Made by a program: the position numbers and the translations under genes
Notes under the pieces: model-generated
Told to the model about the DNA's origin: nothing
The model's input: the letters and a program-made list of their open reading frames with translations, nothing else
The model's database searches: none
Assembly (NCBI GenBank): GCA_963762255.1
Contig: CAVXKA010000002.1
Location: 1,152,001-1,216,000, forward strand
Reading direction: 5' to 3'
Length of the DNA: 64,000 bases
From: Candidatus Eiseniibacteriota bacterium
GTDB lineage: Bacteria > Eisenbacteria > RBG-16-71-46 > JABDJR01
Shown: in pieces, positions 18,138 to 27,597 of the stretch
Layout of the letters: each line of letters begins with the position of its first letter
Numbering within the stretch: the first letter of the stretch is position 1

Positions 18138-20384
18138 CTATCCGCCGACCGTGAGTTGGATCACGACCGAGCGTCCGGGCTGGGGAAACGCGTCGGCTTC
18201 CGGTCGATCCAGATAGCGCGCATCGAGCAGGTTGGTGACCGCTGCATGGAGGCTCACGTTCGGCGCCGGCCACACCGAGAGACCGACGTCGGCGCGCGCG
18301 TATCCACGATGGCCGACCTCGTCGCCCCCGATTCGGGTCGAGCCGAGGAGATCCGACCACCATGCGGCGGCCTCGCCGGAAGCGACGGGTGTCTTCGCCG
18401 CACCGAGCCGAAGGCTCGCGGTCGACCGCGCCCGCGGCGCGGAGGCGGTGCCGGCGATTCGAAGCGCACCGGCCAGACGAAGCTCGCTCGATGGGATGTC
18501 CGGAAGCGGGTCGCCGTCCTCGTCCTCACCATGGAGGTAGGCGTAGGCCGCTTCGAGGCTCGCCCGCTCTTCCCCGCTCGTCCACGCGAACGACGCCTCC
18601 ACCCCGAAGAGCCGGCCTTGCGTGACGTTTTCGAATCGCAGCGTGTCCCCCGCGGCGTCCACCGGAAGTTGCGCGATGAACTCGGCGGCGGCGATGCCCC
18701 ATGTCGTGATCGACGCGCTGAGCGGGCCCCGCCCCCAAAGGAGCCCGCCCTCGCCCGCCCACGCGGTCTCCGGTTTCAGATCCGGGTTGGCGAGCCGCGA
18801 TCCGCCGGGTCGATCCCCCGCGAAATAGAGTTCCTGGATGCGCGGGGCTCGGAACGCGCGGCCCACTCCCGCGCCGATCGCCCAACCCGCGTTGAGCGGG
18901 TACAGCACCCGAACGTCCAGGCTCGGCGCGACCCAGGACGCCTCGCGCCGGCGCATCGCGGAGCGCCGTGCCCAGTCGAGCCGTCCCGTCACCAGAACTT
19001 CCCCGACCTCGCGCAGAGGACGCTTCCAGCCCGCGTAGGCACCCACGTCCGCGCGTCTCGCGTTCTCGACAAGGTCGACCCGCGTCTCGACGGGAGGCGC
19101 GGCATCCGGGTAGTCCACGCGCCTCTCCACCGCGTCCACGTTCCACCTCGTGAACACATCGACGCCGGCAAGCCAGGTCTGTGCGCCGCGCTTGCGCTCG
19201 ACTCGACCGATGCCGGTTGCGTCCACCGATGTGTTGTCCGTGAACGTCGTGCGCGTGACGCCGCCGGTCTCGTTCATGCGGTCCGCGCGATTCACGGTGC
19301 GGGGACGATGCATGCCGAGCGTCCACTCGCTGCGACCCGCTTCCGTTTCGTCGGTGAGCCGCGCCGAGGCAAGCACGTGGTCCTCGTCGGTGATCGTGTC
19401 CTTGCGCTGCGCGAGCGAGGTCGGCCGCCCCACGTCGTCGGCGGTCGTCCCGATCACGGCGATCCGAAGCAGGCGGGAGCCGCTCGCGCGGTCCAGCACC
19501 AGACTTCCGCCCCCGCTGCGCAGACCCGAGTTGATCGCCTTGCCCCCCTCGATCCCCTCGCCGTCCGGAAAGCGGTAGTCCCCCTGCCGGCGAAGAGCGC
19601 TCCCCAGAGCGGCCCGCCAACCGTGCCCGATCGGCCTCGCCGCGGAGATCGCCCCCGCGATTCCCCCGCCGTTCGAGGAACCGGAGGCATGAGCGAAGAA
19701 CTCGGGACACGAGGCGGGTGAGGGGAGTTCGAGGAGCACGATCCCACCCATCGCGCCGCTTCCGTAGGCGACCCCCGAGGTGCCACGCACGATCTGCACG
19801 TCGCCGATCAGGTACGGATCGAGAAAACTCGCGGAAGGCCCGACGCCGCGATCGGCGGAGAGACGGACACCCTCCAGCAGAACGAGCGAACGATCGCGAC
19901 CCAGACCGCGGATCGTGGGCGCGGATGTGAACCCGTCCCGGCCCACAGCGCCCACACCGGGGAGCTGCTGAATCGCTTCGGACACCGAGGGCAACTCCGC
20001 GGCCGCGGAGCGCACGTCCTCGGGCGTCAGCGTCTCGACCCGCTGCGCGTCGCCTTCCCAGGCGAGCTCCAGCGGGAGCGCGGTGATCCGCACGGGTGCG
20101 ACGCTGAACCCCTCGGTGGGCAGCGCCACCGTCCGCGGGTGCTCGCAGAGGAAGGCCTGACTCGAGAGGAGCCGATCCCCCTGCCAGAACTCGAGGACGG
20201 CGGAGGGACCGAGGGAGTCGGGAAGGCTGAAGCCGAATTCGCCCGTGGCGTCCGTGGTCGCCACCAGCTCACCCGTCCGCGCGAGGATCACGGAGAGACC
20301 GCTGGGAGGCGCCTCGTCGGGGAGCACAACGCGACCGCTGAGAAGGCATGCGGCCAGTATCGCTGTCCAGGTTTCCGGTGCCAT
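18138..20384 (-). CDS. TonB-dependent receptor
   Basis: Plug motif LPGV...PTIRGLGRDRSLVLLEGV...GSGAMGG, FRAPRIQELY, NPDLKPE, C-terminal NLLDARY...PGRS. Confidence 0.9.
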   Translation of the reverse strand: MAPETWTAILAACLLSGRVVLPDEAPPSGLSVILARTGELVATTDATGEFGFSLPDSLGPSAVLEFWQGDRLLSSQAFLCEHPRTVALPTEGFSVAPVRITALPLELAWEGDAQRVETLTPEDVRSAAAELPSVSEAIQQLPGVGAVGRDGFTSAPTIRGLGRDRSLVLLEGVRLSADRGVGPSASFLDPYLIGDVQIVRGTSGVAYGSGAMGGIVLLELPSPASCPEFFAHASGSSNGGGIAGAISAARPIGHGWRAALGSALRRQGDYRFPDGEGIEGGKAINSGLRSGGGSLVLDRASGSRLLRIAVIGTTADDVGRPTSLAQRKDTITDEDHVLASARLTDETEAGRSEWTLGMHRPRTVNRADRMNETGGVTRTTFTDNTSVDATGIGRVERKRGAQTWLAGVDVFTRWNVDAVERRVDYPDAAPPVETRVDLVENARRADVGAYAGWKRPLREVGEVLVTGRLDWARRSAMRRREASWVAPSLDVRVLYPLNAGWAIGAGVGRAFRAPRIQELYFAGDRPGGSRLANPDLKPETAWAGEGGLLWGRGPLSASITTWGIAAAEFIAQLPVDAAGDTLRFENVTQGRLFGVEASFAWTSGEERASLEAAYAYLHGEDEDGDPLPDIPSSELRLAGALRIAGTASAPRARSTASLRLGAAKTPVASGEAAAWWSDLLGSTRIGGDEVGHRGYARADVGLSVWPAPNVSLHAAVTNLLDARYLDRPEADAFPQPGRSVVIQLTVGG

Positions 20385-20397
20385 GGCGGCGCGAAGT

Positions 20398-21402
20398 CTA
20401 TCCGACCGCCTTGAACCCCACCAGCCGCCCGCGATCTTCGTCCCAGAGACGATAGCCGAAGCACCTGAGGCTCGCTCGGAGCGAGATCGACGGCACGTTG
20501 CGAAGCTCGGGAGTTTCGCGGTGGCAGCGCTCGAGGAAGTAGTTCGGGATGCGAGGGCTCAAATGGTGGATGTGGTGGAACCCGATGTTGCCGGTGAACC
20601 ACTGAAGCAGCTTGGGCAACCGGTAGTACGAACTCCCGCGGAGTCCGACGCTGGGGTAGTCCCAGCCCTCGTGCCGGCGCCAGTAGACCCCTTCGAACTG
20701 GTGCTGCACGTAGAAGAGCCACACCCCGACCGGCGTTCCGAACGCGAAGACGAGCAGGTGGACGGTGAGATAGGCCTTCCAGCCGATCGTGGCCGCAAGC
20801 GTCACGACGATCACGGCGAGGGTGAAGTTGGTGAGGTCGACGCTCAATCGCTCGCGCTTCCCCGATTTCGGCCCCGCGAACCGATTGCACAGCACGAACG
20901 AGTACACGGGTCCGAGCGTGAGCAGAACGGCCGGGTTGCGGAAGAACCGATACACCGCCCGCTTCCACAGCGGAGCCGCGGTGTACTCCCGAACCGTCAT
21001 CGTCCACACGTCCCCCACTCCGCGCCGATCCAGGTCGCCGGCGGTGGCGTGGTGGATGGCGTGGGCGCGCCACCATTGATGAGAAGGGGTGAGGGTGATG
21101 ACCCCGGTCACGAACCCCACGATCTCGTTGGCCCGACGCGATCTGAAGAACGAGCCGTGCCCGCAATCGTGGAAGATGATGAAGACGCGAATCATGAAGC
21201 CGCCCGCGAGCGGCGCCAAGGCAACGGGGATCCAGATGGAGACCGAATAGCCCCACACCATGAGGATCCACAACCCGATGAATGGAACCAACGAGTTGAT
21301 GAGCTGCCAGACGCTCCGCCAAACATCGGAGCGCTGATAGGGAGCGAGTGTCTGAGAGAGCCGGGACCCGGCGTCGACCGGGAGCCGCGTCGCGCCTACC
21401 AG
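20398..21402 (-). CDS. Fatty acid desaturase (Des-like); start uncertain (CTG 21402 or TTG 21291)
   Basis: His boxes HDCGH, HAIHH and HHIHH; YVQHQFE. Confidence 0.9.
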   Translation of the reverse strand: MVGATRLPVDAGSRLSQTLAPYQRSDVWRSVWQLINSLVPFIGLWILMVWGYSVSIWIPVALAPLAGGFMIRVFIIFHDCGHGSFFRSRRANEIVGFVTGVITLTPSHQWWRAHAIHHATAGDLDRRGVGDVWTMTVREYTAAPLWKRAVYRFFRNPAVLLTLGPVYSFVLCNRFAGPKSGKRERLSVDLTNFTLAVIVVTLAATIGWKAYLTVHLLVFAFGTPVGVWLFYVQHQFEGVYWRRHEGWDYPSVGLRGSSYYRLPKLLQWFTGNIGFHHIHHLSPRIPNYFLERCHRETPELRNVPSISLRASLRCFGYRLWDEDRGRLVGFKAVG

Positions 21403-21674
21403 CGTGGGCGGTGAGGGGCGCGCGAGTCGGTGCGCGGCTTCGCCTCGTTCACGTTCAGGCTGCGCCCGCCGAAGTCCGTCTTGTCGAGCGCGGCGATGGC
21501 GGCATCGGCGGCCTCGGGCGCCATCTCCACGAAACCGAAGCCGCGCAGGCGGCCGGTCTCGCGATCGGCGACGAGGGTGACGCTCTCCACCACTCCGAAC
21601 GGGGTGAATAGGTTGCGGACATCGTCTTCAGAGACGTCGAACGGCAAGTTTCCGACAAAGAGCTTCTTGGACAT
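21396..21674 (-). CDS. RRM RNA-binding protein (Rbp-like)
   Basis: KLFVGNLPF (RNP2), RGFGFVEM (RNP1), GRSLNVNEAKPR. Confidence 0.95.
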   Translation of the reverse strand: MSKKLFVGNLPFDVSEDDVRNLFTPFGVVESVTLVADRETGRLRGFGFVEMAPEAADAAIAALDKTDFGGRSLNVNEAKPRTDSRAPHRPRW

Positions 21675-21747
21675 AGTTCCTCACGATTTCCGCTCGGCCG
21701 CGGCAGGTCAGACTCGACCGGCCGGCTAGCGAATTACAATGAACTTT

Positions 21748-21776
21748 ACCGTACAGGACACGTCAAGGACTGGCAA
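21748..21776 (-). promoter_or_regulatory. Possible sigma-70 promoter for the RRM-desaturase unit
   Basis: TTGCCA-17 nt-TACGGT on the minus strand. Confidence 0.35.
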
Positions 21777-21819
21777 GCGCCATTTCCGTCCAGCGGGTCT
21801 CTCTGCTAGGATGCCGCGC

Positions 21820-23181
21820 ATGAGAGCCTACCCCGTCGCCCTTCTCCTCGTGTTGGTCGCGTGTCAGGCGGGTCCCGGCCGAGGCAAGGCGCCCGCCGAA
21901 TCATCTCCGCCCACTGTCATGCAGTTCGTGGCTGACGATTATGCGGGGGCGCTCGCCGAGGCCAAGGCGCGTGGCGTTCCGCTCTTCATCGAAGCCTGGG
22001 CGCCGTGGTGACACACGTGCCGCTCGATGAGGGCCTTCGTCTTCACCGACAAGGCGCTCGAGAGCGAAGCCGGACGGTTCGTCTGGCTCGAGATGAACAC
22101 CGACAGAGCACAGAACGCGGCGTTCAAGACGCAGTACAAGATCGTGGCGCTCCCGACCTACTTCATCGTCGACCCCGATAGCGAGACGGTATTGCTGCGC
22201 CGGGTCGGCGGTGCCACCGTACCGCAGCTCGTGTCGATCCTGGAGGCGGGGCGGAACGCGTACGCGTCCGGAGCGGCTCCCGAAGCGCTCTCCCCCGCCG
22301 ATCGCATCCTCGCTCAGGGTGACGCGCAGTACGGCGCGGGCGACTACGTCGCCGCGGCCAAGACGTACCGGGAAGCGTTGGCGGCCGCTCCCGCCGAGTG
22401 GCCCGCATACGAGCGCACCGTCGAGGCACTCCTCTTCGCGCTGCAGGGCACGGACGAGAACGAGGCCGCGGCGACCATGGCCCGGGACGTCTACCCGAAG
22501 CTGCGGCGCTCCGCCTCGGCGGCCAACGTCGCGGTCACCGGACTCGATTGCGCGCTCGCTTTGCCGCGTGAGAATCCGGCGCGCGCGCCGCTCCTGGCCG
22601 CGATGGTGGCGGACGCGCGCGAGGTCGTGACCGATCTCACGATGCCTGTAGCCGCCGACGACCGATCCGCGGTCTTCGGTTCGCTGATCGGCGCCTATCA
22701 GGACGCGGGAGATTCGACCGCAGCCCGTGGCATGGCCCAGCGCTGGGCGGCCTTCCTCGAAACCGAGGCGGCGCGCGCCGTCGGCCCCGAGGCACGCGCG
22801 GTATTCGACCCGCACCGCATGTCCGCCTACTTCGAGTTGAATCAACCCGAGCGGGCGCTTCCCATGCTGGAGGCCTCGGAGCGCGATCTCCCCGACGACT
22901 ACAATCCTCCGGCGCGCCTCGCCGCGGTCTATGCGCGGATGGAGCGCTGGAACGAGGGGTTGGCGGCGTCGGAGCGTGCTCTGGCCAAGGCCTATGGGCC
23001 GCGCAAGCTACGCATCCTCCAGACCCGCGCGGACGTTCAGGCGGGGATGGGCGACTCGACGGCGGCACGGGGAACGCTCGAGGAGGCGCTCGCGCTCGCG
23101 GAGTCGCTTCCTCCCGGCCAGCGTTCGGAGAGAACGATCGACGGGTTGCGCAAGGCTATCGACGCGATGGGATCGCGTTGA
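21820..23181 (+). CDS. Thioredoxin-TPR lipoprotein with in-frame UGA (candidate selenoprotein, WUHTC)
   Basis: ORFs 21739..22011 and 22027..23181 are in the same frame: ...TGG TGA CAC ACG TGC CGC TCG ATG = W-U-H-T-C-R-S-M. Lipobox LVAC; ALPTYFIVD cis-Pro motif; TPR helices follow. Confidence 0.85.
22007..22047 (+). promoter_or_regulatory. Candidate bacterial SECIS hairpin
   Basis: GGUGA/UCACC, ACG/CGU, GCC/GGC and CUC/GAG pair around a G-initiated loop (GAU) right after the UGA. Confidence 0.55.
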
Positions 23182-23193
23182 TCGGCCGCCGCG

Positions 23194-24633
23194 CTACGCC
23201 GGCGTCTTGCCGATGACCCCCGCCGTGCCGGTGCGAAGCAAGGCTTCCATCTCGAGCCGCGGCGTCGTTACCGCAAGCGACTCGTAGAAGCGCGCGCGCT
23301 CGATCCACTCGCCTGCGAGGGCGAGCGCGAAGACACCCAGCGTTGCCGCGGGGTCGTCGGAGAGCATCCGCAACGCCGGAGCGGCGATGAACCCCAGAGC
23401 GATGCGCAGTGCGGGTAGAGCCATCCGCGCGCGCACGAAGGTCCGACCCGAGAACGTGACGTAGGCCCGGGCGACGCCTATCGGTACCCAGAGCCAGACG
23501 GGGCCGATCGCGAGCGCGGCCAGATAGAGGCTGCCAATGAAGATGGGGCCGGCCGGGAGCATTCGGCGTCGGGCGCCCACGACCCCGGTCGGAGGCAGGA
23601 TCACCGAGTACACGCGGTCCACGGCGAAGGCGGAGGCGAAGCCGAGGAGAGCCACCACCCAACCCGCTCCCGGCCGAACCTGATGCGGCGCCGTCCTCAC
23701 CGTCCACGAGGCGATCAGCATCCACGCCGCCGAGAGGCCGAGGAAGCTGCCGACGAGCAGGACCTCCCGGCTGAGCCACGAAGTTCGCCAGTTGATCGCC
23801 GCGCGCCACGCGCGCTCCGGGCGACCGAGGTGCCACATCGAGAGCGCGAGCGCGGCCAATCCGACGCCCGCATAGGCCAGCGCCCCACCGAGGCGCACAG
23901 TCATCCCACCGGCCTGCGCCGCCGCGAACACCGCAACCAACGCAAGCACCGCGCTCGTGAAGGCGAAGAGCGTCCACTCTCCTCGCAACGTGATTTTGGA
24001 TCGACTCGATGGGCTCGCGATCGTCGCGACGTCCGCTGGCTTCTCCTGCTCGATGTGAACTGCCCCATCGCGCAGGGGAACGAACCGGATGGCCGGTCGC
24101 AGGTCCGTGTGCCGGAATCCGGGCACTCCGCCGTGCGCGCCGCCTTTGCGCGCAGCGCCCCCGGTTTCGTCTCCGCGCGCCGCGTCCCCGATTTCGAGCG
24201 CGCCCGTGGGGCACGCCTCCACGCAGGCCGGCCGCCCGCCGTCCACGAGCCGATGATGGCAAAACGTGCACTTCTCGACGGTGCCGGTGCCCGCGTTGAA
24301 GCGCGGCGCATCGTAGGGGCAGGCCCAGGTGCAGTACCGGCAACCGATGCAACGTTCGGCGTCGACGAGTACCGCACCGGTCACCGCGTCCCGCGTGTAG
24401 GCATTCGTCGGACATGCGGTCAGACAGGCGGGTTTCTCGCAGTGGTTGCAGGCCAGGGAGAGCGAGAACGAGGGAATCGCGGGGATGCGAGCTTCGTTAT
24501 AGGTGTCGATCCGCCGCCAGTCCAGGCCGCCTGCGTCGATGCGGTCGGGTGCGTTCTCGATCCCGCACGCGATCGCGCAGGCGTGGCAGCCGGTGCAGCG
24601 GTTCAGATCGAAGACGAAGGCGCGACGGGTCAC
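23194..24633 (-). CDS. Fused 4Fe-4S dicluster (DmsB-like) plus membrane anchor (DmsC/NrfD-like) protein
   Basis: CTGCHACAIAC, CNHCEKPACLTACP, CIGCRYCTWACP, CTFC...CVEACP, then HLGRPERAWRA...SWLSRE. GTG start overlaps the upstream TGA (GTGA). Confidence 0.9.
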   Translation of the reverse strand: MTRRAFVFDLNRCTGCHACAIACGIENAPDRIDAGGLDWRRIDTYNEARIPAIPSFSLSLACNHCEKPACLTACPTNAYTRDAVTGAVLVDAERCIGCRYCTWACPYDAPRFNAGTGTVEKCTFCHHRLVDGGRPACVEACPTGALEIGDAARGDETGGAARKGGAHGGVPGFRHTDLRPAIRFVPLRDGAVHIEQEKPADVATIASPSSRSKITLRGEWTLFAFTSAVLALVAVFAAAQAGGMTVRLGGALAYAGVGLAALALSMWHLGRPERAWRAAINWRTSWLSREVLLVGSFLGLSAAWMLIASWTVRTAPHQVRPGAGWVVALLGFASAFAVDRVYSVILPPTGVVGARRRMLPAGPIFIGSLYLAALAIGPVWLWVPIGVARAYVTFSGRTFVRARMALPALRIALGFIAAPALRMLSDDPAATLGVFALALAGEWIERARFYESLAVTTPRLEMEALLRTGTAGVIGKTPA

Positions 24634-26669
24634 CGCTCCACCTCGACGCGATTCTCGTGGAAGGCGGCGCCGTGACCGATATCGGTCTCCCGCGCACACG
24701 AGAGGAAATTCACCGTCCCCCCGCGCTGGATCCAGTACCCGTTCGGGGTCGAGACGCACCCCGGCCTCAATCCGTGATCGAACCGCACCGGGAGCCGGAG
24801 CTCGCCGCGGTCGTTGAACACGCGCACGCGATCGCCCTCGCGGATCAAGCGCGCGGCGGCGTCGGAAGGGTGCATGGAGAGGACGGGACCGGGATCGATC
24901 CGGCGGATCAGCGCGAGGTTGTGGAACTGCGAGTGGATCCCGTTCTTGGTGTTGGGCGTCATGAAGTGGAGCGGGTACCGCGAGGCGGCGCGGCCGGCTT
25001 CGACCGGCTCCGCGTAGCGCGGCAACGCGTCGACTCCCCACCGCTCCTCCGCCTCGCGGGAAAGGATTTCGATCCGGCCCGAAGGCGTCGGGAAAATGTG
25101 ATCGCGAAACGCCACTTCTTCCGTGCCCGGCGCGAGGACGGGACCCTCGGCTAGGCGCTCCAGAGTCAAACCGGGAAAGGGCGCCAGCCTCTCGCGCAGG
25201 AACGCCTCGACCTCCGCATCGGACGGCCCCGGAATCCTGCCGCGCAGCTCCTCCTCCGAGAACCCGAGCCGGCGCGCGAGCGCGTGATAGATCTCGGTCT
25301 CGGGCTTCACCTCGGGGGGCGGATCGACGATCTTCTGCTTGAGCTGAATGTAGGAATGCCAATAGGCGCCGATGACGTCCGACTGCTCGAAGATCGCCTT
25401 GGCGGGTAGGACGATGTCCGCCTCGCGCGCGGTGTCGGTGAGGAACTCGTCCACCACGACTCGAAACTCGAGCCCACGGATGGCGCGCAGGACGGTGTGC
25501 GTCTCGGGATTCTGCGTCACCGGGTTTCCGCGCTCGACCCACATCATGCGCAGGGGCGGATCCTTCTGCACGAGCATGTCGGGACCGAGGCGCGCGGTGG
25601 AGATCGAAACTCGCGCGATCCCGTCCGGTGTCTGCGGCGGGTAGAAGGCCAGCGGGTCGCGCACCGAGTCGAAGATGTGCGATTGAAGGTTAGCGTAGAC
25701 CCACCCCGCGCCCGGTCTTCCGATGTTCCCGGTGACGGCGAGCAGCGCGATGATGGCCCGCATCGACTGCCCCGCGTTGGTGTAGCGCTGCATGCCGAAG
25801 CCGGCGTTGATCGTGACGGGGCGCACCGTCCCGATCGCCTCGGCCAGGTGCCGGATCTGCACGACGGGCACGCCGCTGATGGCGGCGGCCGCCTCGGGCG
25901 GGAACTCCTCCAGCAGCGCCGCGAACTCGGTGAAGCCCAGCACGTGCGATGCAACGAACCCCGAGTCGATCCAGCCGTTCTTCACCAGAACATGCGCCAC
26001 ACCCAGCGCGAGCGCGCCGTCCGTCCCCGGCCGCGGCCGCACGAGAAGCTCGGCGTGCTCCGCGGAAACGGTGCGGCGGGGGTCGATCACGATGAGCCGC
26101 GCACCGCGCTTCAGCGCTTCATCCACGAGGCGGACCAGGTGCACGTTAGTCTCGGCGGGGTTCTTTCCCCAGAGTACGATGAGCCCCGCGTTCTCGATAT
26201 CCCACGGTGCCGAATGCGTGTTCGCGCCGAGGGTGAGCCGCGTGGCCTCGAGGCCAGCCGGCCAGCAGAGATCGCCGTACGTGGTGGTGTATCCGCCGTA
26301 GAGCCGCCAGAACTCGGGACCGACGCGGTTCAAGAGCCCCTTCGTGCCGCTCCCGGTGTAATAGAGGACGCTCTGCGGGCCGTCGCTCGCGCGGAAACGC
26401 CGGAGCTTCTCTTCAATCGTATCGAGCGCTTCATCCCACGAGATGCGATCGAACTCGCGCGTGCCGGCGCGACGCCGAAGCGGCCACCGCAGGCGGTGGG
26501 GCGAGACGAGGCGCTCGACGTAGCTCTGCCCTTTGAGGCAGACTCCCTCCGGCGTGGCGAGGTTGTCGGGATGCGACTCGATGCGCACCACCCGACCGCC
26601 CTCGACGAACACCTTCATCGAGCAGGTGCTGTAGCAGTTGCGCGGACAGGCGGTGGTGAGACTCTCCAC
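24630..26669 (-). CDS. Molybdopterin-dependent oxidoreductase catalytic subunit (DMSO reductase superfamily)
   Basis: CPRNCYSTC...C Fe-S motif, WGKNPAET, RPGTDGALALG, TAREADIVLPA, C-terminal molybdopterin dinucleotide-binding domain; no Tat leader. Confidence 0.93.
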   Translation of the reverse strand: MESLTTACPRNCYSTCSMKVFVEGGRVVRIESHPDNLATPEGVCLKGQSYVERLVSPHRLRWPLRRRAGTREFDRISWDEALDTIEEKLRRFRASDGPQSVLYYTGSGTKGLLNRVGPEFWRLYGGYTTTYGDLCWPAGLEATRLTLGANTHSAPWDIENAGLIVLWGKNPAETNVHLVRLVDEALKRGARLIVIDPRRTVSAEHAELLVRPRPGTDGALALGVAHVLVKNGWIDSGFVASHVLGFTEFAALLEEFPPEAAAAISGVPVVQIRHLAEAIGTVRPVTINAGFGMQRYTNAGQSMRAIIALLAVTGNIGRPGAGWVYANLQSHIFDSVRDPLAFYPPQTPDGIARVSISTARLGPDMLVQKDPPLRMMWVERGNPVTQNPETHTVLRAIRGLEFRVVVDEFLTDTAREADIVLPAKAIFEQSDVIGAYWHSYIQLKQKIVDPPPEVKPETEIYHALARRLGFSEEELRGRIPGPSDAEVEAFLRERLAPFPGLTLERLAEGPVLAPGTEEVAFRDHIFPTPSGRIEILSREAEERWGVDALPRYAEPVEAGRAASRYPLHFMTPNTKNGIHSQFHNLALIRRIDPGPVLSMHPSDAAARLIREGDRVRVFNDRGELRLPVRFDHGLRPGCVSTPNGYWIQRGGTVNFLSCARETDIGHGAAFHENRVEVER

Positions 26670-26814
26670 GGGCTGAACCTCCAGCAGAGCAGTATACCTG
26701 CGGAGCGTTGCCCCCCATGATTGTCGCGACGTACCCGGGAACGAACCGGGCCGGACCGAGGTATTGGACCTCGGACCTGAACCCCCGTGCAGGGGGATGA
26801 AAGGAAGGCATGCG

Positions 26815-27504
26815 ATGAGTTCAACAAGGGCAAGCCTTCGGGCGATGGTTCTCCTGGTGGGAGCCGGCCTGCTCGCCTCATGCGGTACCCAGAGCCGCCT
26901 GGAGACCAGTTACGAGATCCCCGGTTACACCGACACTCCGTTCAAGAAGATCGCGGTGGTCGGGATCTTGAAGGATCACGAGCTGAGCAGGTCATTCGAG
27001 ATAGAGATGTCGGACGACCTCATGAAGGCAGGGGTCCAGGCGGTCCCCGGATTCACGTTCATGGACAACGACACGAGCCTCACTCAGAAGGAGATGGAGG
27101 CACGCGTCACTGGAACCGGCGCGGACGCGATACTCATCTCGAAGGTGATCGCGGTCGACAAGACGAGCACATATGTTCCCCCCACGACTTACGTGACCGC
27201 AGACTCACCCACGGATACGTGGTGGAAGGATCCTTACTGGGGCTACTACACCCCCTATCCCTATCACTACTGGGGGTACTGGTACTCCGCGATACAGGTC
27301 GTCACCTCACCTGGCTACTGGACGACGCAGGACACCTACCGCGTGGAAACCACGGTGTACCGGGTATCCGACAGCCGGCTGATCTGGACGGCCACTTCGG
27401 ACACCTACGATCCGAAGAGCAGCTACGATCTCGCCTCGTCGCTGAGCCCGATCCTGGTCAAGCGGCTGAAGAAGTCGGGGCTCATCCCCGCCAACCCAAG
27501 CTGA
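26815..27504 (+). CDS. Hypothetical lipoprotein (DUF4136-like)
   Basis: Lipobox LASC; Tyr/Trp-rich stretch; VETTVYRV...LIWTATS. Confidence 0.8.
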   Translation: MSSTRASLRAMVLLVGAGLLASCGTQSRLETSYEIPGYTDTPFKKIAVVGILKDHELSRSFEIEMSDDLMKAGVQAVPGFTFMDNDTSLTQKEMEARVTGTGADAILISKVIAVDKTSTYVPPTTYVTADSPTDTWWKDPYWGYYTPYPYHYWGYWYSAIQVVTSPGYWTTQDTYRVETTVYRVSDSRLIWTATSDTYDPKSSYDLASSLSPILVKRLKKSGLIPANPS

Positions 27505-27597
27505 GGGAGGAGAGCCGGGCGCTGGCTCGCCTCCGGCCATTCGTCGCGAATCACCCTCAGGTCGAGTACGGCAGCGGGTACGCCATGGGGGCGGGGC

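Noticed and set aside
24634-25542. N-terminal ~300 aa of the 782-aa ORF
   Set aside because: Out-of-frame overlap with the molybdoenzyme. The real gene starts at GTG 24633.
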